Part shown: one piece after another, positions 26,769 through 32,535 of the stretch
Position numbering within the stretch: position 1 is the stretch's first letter
How the letters are laid out: every line of letters begins with the position of its first letter
From: Elainellaceae cyanobacterium
GTDB lineage: Bacteria; Cyanobacteriota; Cyanobacteriia; CAZCXK01
DNA: 32,535 nt
Direction: 5' to 3'
Assembly: GCA_051117555.1 (NCBI GenBank)
Contig: JBNPEG010000018.1
Location: forward strand, 1-32,535
Program-made: the position numbers and the translations under genes
The notes under the pieces: generated by a model
What the model was told of the DNA's origin: nothing
Databases searched by the model: none
Seen by the model: only the letters and a program-made list of their open reading frames with translations

Positions 26769-27941
26769 TTACTGATTAGAATCAAATGGATTGAGCTGCC
26801 GAAGCCGTTCAAATAAATTAGTTGACTTATCATTGGCTCGTAGGGCAGCATTTTGCCCAGAGTTAATGCGGGCGATCGCCTGCGTCGTTTGACCTCGCGA
26901 CATTCCTGGACGAATTTCTGCTTGATAGAGCATTCGTATCAGCGATTGGTCAATGGCTGAATAGGCAGTGGTACGAGTCCACCCTTGGAAGAAAATGCTG
27001 TCCCGATATCGATAGGAATCTCTCATCAAGCCCATGACTTGTGTTAACTCTTCCCGAATCAAATGAGAGCGTTCGGGTTGAGTGACTCCAACCGTTGTGA
27101 TCAAAATCCTTGACCGATTGATGACATCATTTCTCCAGCCAACCCAAGCAAATCCCATATTCACAGGAACGTAGTTGGGCTCATATCGACGAAATTCAGA
27201 CTCTGGGACGAAATACATTTCGACATTGGGATTACTGTCAACGATTTGTAGGTCCACAGTGCCGTCGATGAGATCATTGAGTTCGCTGACGACCGAATTG
27301 AGGGTGTTGCGATCCTCTGCTGTGGGTGAACCGTTGACCCGAATACGAACATCGTCTTCCCATTTTCGAATTCGCTGGCTGCCGCCACCAAATTCTGTGC
27401 CCAGCGCGACTTCCAGAAAATAGTCAATTTCTTCTGCCGTAAACGCTCCTTGTTGGGCTGACGGAGGAGCAGCGTCGGGGGGCGCTTCAATTTGCCGAGG
27501 TTCGTCGGGGGTGGAAGGCGCATTCGCAGGCGGATCAGCACCGGGAGAGTCTGATGACTCAGGGATGAAAACCAAGTCTTCTCGAACCCAACCTGGCTCT
27601 CGACCTCTAGGACTGTCGAATTCGACTAAATACCAGGTATAGGTGTCATCGCGACCTCTAGAGCTTTCCAAAATTTGGATGCGATCGCCCACCATTCCTT
27701 CATAAAGGACTGAGGAGCGGGTAGTAGGCTCCTGCCGCACATTAATTAGACTATCTCGGTTGACTGCTGCCAACAGGGCTCGACGCCCCTCGGATGAATT
27801 CCGTCTGGCAACTAAGGTAGACGATTCAGATTTAGAATCGGCCTGCTTTTGATTTTCGGTTTGGGCAAATGCAAGAATTGCTGCACCTAGAGTGACAGCA
27901 GTTGAAGCAGCAACTGCCACAAGAATACTTTTGACTCTCAT
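26769..27941 (-). CDS. Secreted SH3-like plus DUF2927 domain protein
   Basis: Signal MRVKSILVAVAAS...AFA; SH3 motif INVRQ...TWY.V.F...GWVREDL; DUF2927-type IRKW and HLIREELTQVMGL..D. The ORF track starts at 28061. Confidence 0.8.
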   Translation of the reverse strand: MRVKSILVAVAASTAVTLGAAILAFAQTENQKQADSKSESSTLVARRNSSEGRRALLAAVNRDSLINVRQEPTTRSSVLYEGMVGDRIQILESSRGRDDTYTWYLVEFDSPRGREPGWVREDLVFIPESSDSPGADPPANAPSTPDEPRQIEAPPDAAPPSAQQGAFTAEEIDYFLEVALGTEFGGGSQRIRKWEDDVRIRVNGSPTAEDRNTLNSVVSELNDLIDGTVDLQIVDSNPNVEMYFVPESEFRRYEPNYVPVNMGFAWVGWRNDVINRSRILITTVGVTQPERSHLIREELTQVMGLMRDSYRYRDSIFFQGWTRTTAYSAIDQSLIRMLYQAEIRPGMSRGQTTQAIARINSGQNAALRANDKSTNLFERLRQLNPFDSNQ

Positions 27942-28624
27942 CGCCTCTCTCTCTTCTGATTGACTGGGTTGTTGTGATGTTGCACGAGGAAAGCGGTGAC
28001 GCTTGTACCACTTCTTTCGATGGATAGACTGCTGTCGCATGGATGGGATCTTCACTCTCATAGTTCCCTGGTGTTAGCCGTTATCACATGTGGTTACAAA
28101 CCAAATGGTCACCTGCCCAAGACAGTTTTAAGCCCCAAGCAAATCTAACCCCAACAGGATACTGAGTGTTGATCCAAATTAGACAGAAGATGGAGTCTAG
28201 AGTATATGACAACCGTTTATCCAGGCACCCTTCTATCCATTTAGAAGTACGTCTATCCTGTTGCATTAACCCAATCAGACGAAGAATCAGCGTTATAGTT
28301 TATGAACTGCGACAATTGACTTATTATTGTCCGGATCTAGGGAATTGAGCCAATCTAGACCAGACAAAGGATTTCAGGATTCTTTAGGCATCGCTAGTTG
28401 ACAACCGACTAGCTTTTGGCGATTCAGTTGCTAATCTGGCACATGCCAAGGTACATCAGCAATCAAATTACGCCTCTTTACAAAAAAAAGTATCTGTCAA
28501 TCCCCGACTAGTCCGGTTAGCCTTTATCGTACACTGAATGTCGGGACAGATGGAACGGAGCAATCGACTTCCACATCTCGTTTTGTGTGTTTGTCATTGT
28601 GGGTTCTGAATGAAGGAGAGCGTC

Positions 28625-29422
28625 ATGAAACGACGTGTTGCTCGTATCGGGATTAGTTTGGGAATCGTCATGGGCATCATTGGGGCGGGATGCCGAGATT
28701 CTCAGCCTCAATCGAGAGAGGCGACCCCCGCGACATCGGGGGAGGAGCAGATTGACTTATCATCTGCGCCAACTTCAGTGGTGCGGCAAGCTTTAACCCA
28801 AGCCTGTCAGTCAGAATTTGAGGCGATCGCTCAAACATCAGACACAGATTCTACCGCGTCAGACTTTCAGATCAACGACTACACGCTTCAACCCGACGGC
28901 ACCTTTAACGCCCAATGGACGACAGGGGGTGAAGACGGCGGCACCTGCCGAGTTAGTGTCGAAGGGCGCGTGATTGCACTAGTGTATGCGCCGCAAGCAA
29001 CTAATCAGCCGCTCGTAACCGGGCGATCGCCAGAGTCTCCTGCTGCGTCTCCTTCGCCACCAAGTCCACCTTCCTCTCCAGCGGCTCCCGAGCGTACGCC
29101 GTCTCCCGACCCATCTCCCTCACCGACGCCGACGCCGACCCCAGAGGAGGACGGTGCATCCGGTTCCCCGACTCAGCCCGGATCAGCCATCAATCCAAGC
29201 CGCGCAGCATTATTAGCCGCTAATGAGCCGGGGAGTCGAATCAATGTCCGGTCAGAGCCTACCACTCAGTCAAATGCCCCTCATTATGGGATTCCGGGCG
29301 ATCGGGTACAGGTGATTCGTGAGGCCGAGGGAGCAGAGGGCTATACCTGGTATTATGTAAAATTTGACAGTTCGGGGGCTGAGGGCTGGGTGCGGGAAGA
29401 TTTTATTAGCTTTAGTTTATGA
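28625..29422 (+). CDS. Putative lipoprotein: two-Cys domain, Pro/Ser/Thr linker, C-terminal SH3-like domain
   Basis: MKRR, hydrophobic core, then GAGC (lipobox-like); SD AAGGAG; SH3 motif INVRSEPTT...TWYYVKF...GWVREDF. Confidence 0.8.
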   Translation: MKRRVARIGISLGIVMGIIGAGCRDSQPQSREATPATSGEEQIDLSSAPTSVVRQALTQACQSEFEAIAQTSDTDSTASDFQINDYTLQPDGTFNAQWTTGGEDGGTCRVSVEGRVIALVYAPQATNQPLVTGRSPESPAASPSPPSPPSSPAAPERTPSPDPSPSPTPTPTPEEDGASGSPTQPGSAINPSRAALLAANEPGSRINVRSEPTTQSNAPHYGIPGDRVQVIREAEGAEGYTWYYVKFDSSGAEGWVREDFISFSL

Positions 29423-29546
29423 GTTCCATAACAGTTTGCAAGCGATTTGGGAGCGCTATACATAATAGAAAATCTTAAATAATGGAATGGTATAGACAAA
29501 CAATGGTTATCGGGGGACAAATTTCACACGCCCGGGAGATTTAAAA

Positions 29547-30419
29547 ATGGCTCCGAGAATTTGGCATCACAAAACTATATTTGCAGACAGGTCTGTCTTG
29601 AAGGGACTCGCCCTAAGTCTGGCATCCGCTGCTGTAATCCTGGCTGTGGATACTCTGAATGCAGCGGCTCAAACGACAGCATCTGCGATTTTAGTGACTG
29701 ACTACCCGGCTCGACCCATCAACTTCCGTACGTTGCCTATATCGTCGGCTGTGGCAGCGGCTCAAGGTCAACCTGGCGATCGCGTACAGATTCTTGACCA
29801 ATCATCCGGGCGCGATCGCTACACTTGGTATTACGTCATCGTCAACGATTCCAATGCGGGGGGATGGGTGCGTGAAGACTTAATCAGCTTTGACACGGCG
29901 TTGAGCAGTTCCCCAATCTCGACCGCCATTCCAAATGCCGCACGAGAGGCATGTCAAAACTACGGATTTGTGCAACTTGACACATTTCGCCCCGATATCG
30001 AAATCACGAATGCTCAGGTGCGACCAGACGGGAACTATCAGCTCACATGGCAACAGCAAAGCACAGAGGAAACGGGCGTGTGTATCGTCAACCCGAATAA
30101 CCAGGTGCTTTCGTTTGGGGATGAACGTTTATTGGTGGAGACATTTGACCCGACTAGTCCCCAAGAAACGCTCCATGAGTTTCGAATAGACAACTATCTG
30201 GTCAGGATATTTCAGCAGGGCGAGCAGCATTACACAACCCTATTTGATACCACTACTCAGGAGTTTGAGCTGGAAAATAGGCGGGCTGAGCAGGTCACAG
30301 TTGATCAGGTCGATGTCTATCTAGCGAGTGCTGAAAACCGAGACTATCAAATCAGAGTTGAACCGACAGGTGACTACCGTCTCATTATCAGCGAAGGGAT
30401 TCGCCAAATTTATCCATGA
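29547..30419 (+). CDS. Secreted protein: SH3-like domain, two-Cys domain and beta-rich C-terminal domain
   Basis: Signal ending AAA-Q; SH3 motif INFR...GDRVQI...TWYYV...GWVREDLI. Confidence 0.8.
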   Translation: MAPRIWHHKTIFADRSVLKGLALSLASAAVILAVDTLNAAAQTTASAILVTDYPARPINFRTLPISSAVAAAQGQPGDRVQILDQSSGRDRYTWYYVIVNDSNAGGWVREDLISFDTALSSSPISTAIPNAAREACQNYGFVQLDTFRPDIEITNAQVRPDGNYQLTWQQQSTEETGVCIVNPNNQVLSFGDERLLVETFDPTSPQETLHEFRIDNYLVRIFQQGEQHYTTLFDTTTQEFELENRRAEQVTVDQVDVYLASAENRDYQIRVEPTGDYRLIISEGIRQIYP

Positions 30420-30517
30420 TCTAGGATTGCTTCTCAAAGATTCGTATAAATCTTAGAAAGCCAAACCAAGCGGTATCGTTGCAAAGCTAAAATCGGAAAG
30501 CAGGAACTCCACGTACG

Positions 30518-32353
30518 ATGCGAGATTTTTTCAAATACACGTTAGCCAGTTTAACGGGATCGATTCTCTTCTTTATTCTCTTCATGGGATTTGTGACGAT
30601 CGGCGCTATTGGTCTAATCGGTGCCTTGATCGCCAGTTTGAGTAGTCGCGATCGCGCGGCACTGGTTGACCCAAATACGGTTTTAGTTTACGACCTTTCG
30701 ATACCCATCACCGACTCTGAACAGGCACTAAGCCCATCAGAAGCATTCTTTGAGATTCAATCGGGCGGTGTGCCCAATCAACTGACCCTACGAGATGCCG
30801 TGAATGCGTTTGAGCGAGCCGCAACAGACGATCGCATCGTAGCGCTTTATATAACGGGGTCGGATTTTTCGGTCGGCACCGGCGGCGCAATTTTAGCAGA
30901 GCTTCGGGGAGCGCTAAATACCTTTCGTGAATCTGGAAAACCGATTTTGGCGTATGACATTAGCTGGGACGAACGCGAATATTATCTCGCATCGGTTGCC
31001 GAAACGATTTATCTAAATCCGTTCGGAGATATGGAAATGAACGGGTTGTTTGTCGAAGTGATGTATCAGGCCGAAGCGCTTCAGAAACTTGGAGTCGGCA
31101 TTCAGGTGACTCGCGTCGGGCAATATAAGTCAGCAGTCGAGCCCTTTACGCGAAACAGTATGAGCCCTGAAGAAAGGGAACAGCTTCAAGGCATTCTTAG
31201 CGATATTTGGGGAAATATCTTAGAGACATCGTCAGAGTATCGTTCGCTCAACTCTCAGCAGTTTCAGGCGATCGCCGATGGTCAGGGATTGCTATTTGGC
31301 GACGCTGCCGAAACCGCAGGGTTAGTTGATCAAGTGGCCTATCTTGATGAAGTTGTCGGTGAGCTCCGCGAACTCACGGGCGAAACCCCGGATGAATCTG
31401 ATGAGGGTAGCTTTCGCCAGGTGAATCTGGGAGTGTATGCCGATGCGATTCGAGAGCCTCGCATGACAGCCAACTCTGAAAACCAGGTTGCGGTGGTCTA
31501 TGCCGAAGGTGCCATCGTGGCCGGAACGGGGGAAGGACTAGGGCAGGTGATTGCCAGCGAACGTCTTGCCAAAGAGTTGCGAGACTTGCGACAAGATGAC
31601 GCGGTGAAAGCGATTGTGCTACGTGTCAACAGCCCAGGAGGCAGCGCGACAGCCTCTGAAATCATTTTGCGAGAGCTGCGGCTCGCAGTCGATGAAAAAC
31701 CAGTCATCGTATCCATGGGTGATGTGGCTGCATCCGGTGGATATTGGATTTCGACCTACGCTAGCCAAATTTTTGCCGAACCTACGACTATTACAGGCTC
31801 AATTGGCGTTTTTGGAGCGTATGTCAACTTGCAAGAGTTGGGCGACAAGATAGGCGTCAACTGGGATGTCGTGAAAACAGGAGATACAGCCGACATTTTC
31901 ACCATTACTCGTCCCAAATCTGAAAAAGAAATTGGGGTACTACAGCAGGCGGTTGACCAAATTTATGACGCCTTTTTAGAAAGAGTGTCTGAAGGGCGTA
32001 ATATCCCTTTAAATCAGGTGTCTGAAATTGCTCAGGGTCGAATCTGGTCGGGGCAGGCAGCGCAAGAACTAGGCTTGGTCGACGAGCTAGGGGGCTTAGA
32101 AGATGCCATTCAAGCGGCGGCTGACATGGCTGACTTAGGAGATACCTGGCAGATTCGAGAATATCCAGAGGGCGATCGCTGGCAACAATTTTTTGAACAG
32201 TTTGGGAGTCCTGAGAAGGTCAGCGGGATAGAATCAGTTGACCCATTATCGGCTCAATTTGAACGGTTTAAGGACGAAATCGCTGTTGTCAAAACCATGA
32301 ACGATCCGCGTCATATCTATGCTCGAATGCCGTATCGCATCGAGTTTAAATAG
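30518..32353 (+). CDS. sppA: Signal peptide peptidase A (protease IV), long type
   Basis: N-terminal TM; GQYKSAVEPF (Lys), LRVNSPGGS, SMGDVAASGGYW (Ser) and TITGSIGV. Confidence 0.96.
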   Translation: MRDFFKYTLASLTGSILFFILFMGFVTIGAIGLIGALIASLSSRDRAALVDPNTVLVYDLSIPITDSEQALSPSEAFFEIQSGGVPNQLTLRDAVNAFERAATDDRIVALYITGSDFSVGTGGAILAELRGALNTFRESGKPILAYDISWDEREYYLASVAETIYLNPFGDMEMNGLFVEVMYQAEALQKLGVGIQVTRVGQYKSAVEPFTRNSMSPEEREQLQGILSDIWGNILETSSEYRSLNSQQFQAIADGQGLLFGDAAETAGLVDQVAYLDEVVGELRELTGETPDESDEGSFRQVNLGVYADAIREPRMTANSENQVAVVYAEGAIVAGTGEGLGQVIASERLAKELRDLRQDDAVKAIVLRVNSPGGSATASEIILRELRLAVDEKPVIVSMGDVAASGGYWISTYASQIFAEPTTITGSIGVFGAYVNLQELGDKIGVNWDVVKTGDTADIFTITRPKSEKEIGVLQQAVDQIYDAFLERVSEGRNIPLNQVSEIAQGRIWSGQAAQELGLVDELGGLEDAIQAAADMADLGDTWQIREYPEGDRWQQFFEQFGSPEKVSGIESVDPLSAQFERFKDEIAVVKTMNDPRHIYARMPYRIEFK

Positions 32354-32368
32354 TAGGGGCGATCGCCC

Positions 32369-32535
32369 TCATCCCCGAAAGGCTCGTTGCACATCAGAGC
32401 GCAGCAAGTAGTAAATAATTAAGGCACTGATGGCAAGCTGAACGATGATGCCAAAACTCAACTGCCCCGTTAAAACTGCGACCAGATTGCTTGCGGCTCC
32501 CAAGCTTTGGAAGACAATTGTGAGCACCCAGGCCC
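32369..32535 (-). CDS. C-terminal part of a membrane protein, truncated by the window edge
   Basis: Frame reads AWVLTIVFQSLGAASNLVAVLTGQLSFGIIVQLAISALIIYYLLRSDVQRAFRG*, with two hydrophobic helices. Confidence 0.7.
   Translation of the reverse strand, partial: AWVLTIVFQSLGAASNLVAVLTGQLSFGIIVQLAISALIIYYLLRSDVQRAFRG

Noticed and set aside
24190..26870. Apparent HIP1-free stretch suggesting horizontal transfer
   Set aside because: A gap of under 3 kb, half of it non-coding, is not convincing without statistics; the encoded protein looks typically cyanobacterial.
27942..28061. Upstream in-frame MRVK start extending the DUF2927 gene
   Set aside because: The ATG at 27941 has a purine-rich SD-like sequence and directly opens a signal peptide; the repeated MRVK may be chance.
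24307..28624. c-di-AMP, c-di-GMP or glutamine riboswitches upstream of the cell-wall genes
   Set aside because: I could not find the conserved cores by eye; needs cmscan.
1..32535. Numerous GCGATCGC octamers
   Set aside because: HIP1 is a well-known genome-wide cyanobacterial repeat; useful only as a taxonomic marker.

Overview
Cyanobacterial chromosomal window, judged from the abundant HIP1 octamer GCGATCGC, ndhL, a Ycf55-like gene and a tRNA-Leu(UAA) group I intron. It is mostly housekeeping and cell-envelope genes: a GH13 neopullulanase-type enzyme, a TAXI receptor, tpiA, ndhL-DUF3007-trpA, an RTX protein, a PPC-CAP protein, a ferredoxin-MBL hydrolase, a DUF3685 regulator, an SbcC-like ATPase, an amidase, four SH3-type envelope proteins and sppA. 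Six things stand out. (1) A DUF433/DUF5615 toxin-antitoxin pair sits in inverse orientation next to an integron attC-like site and is bracketed by exact 44-bp HIP1-bounded direct repeats. (2) A vanadium haloperoxidase is fused in frame to an N-terminal beta-rich domain but keeps a strong internal AGGAGG-ATG start, suggesting two isoforms or a recent fusion. (3) The tRNA-Leu intron is enlarged to 391 nt. (4) A 92-bp MITE-like element occurs twice, with related remnants elsewhere. (5) The SbcC/Rad50-like protein has no CXXC zinc hook. (6) A cell-wall cluster contains domain-shuffled SH3 paralogs sharing an unrecognised two-Cys domain. All family calls come from motif recognition by eye; no searches were run.
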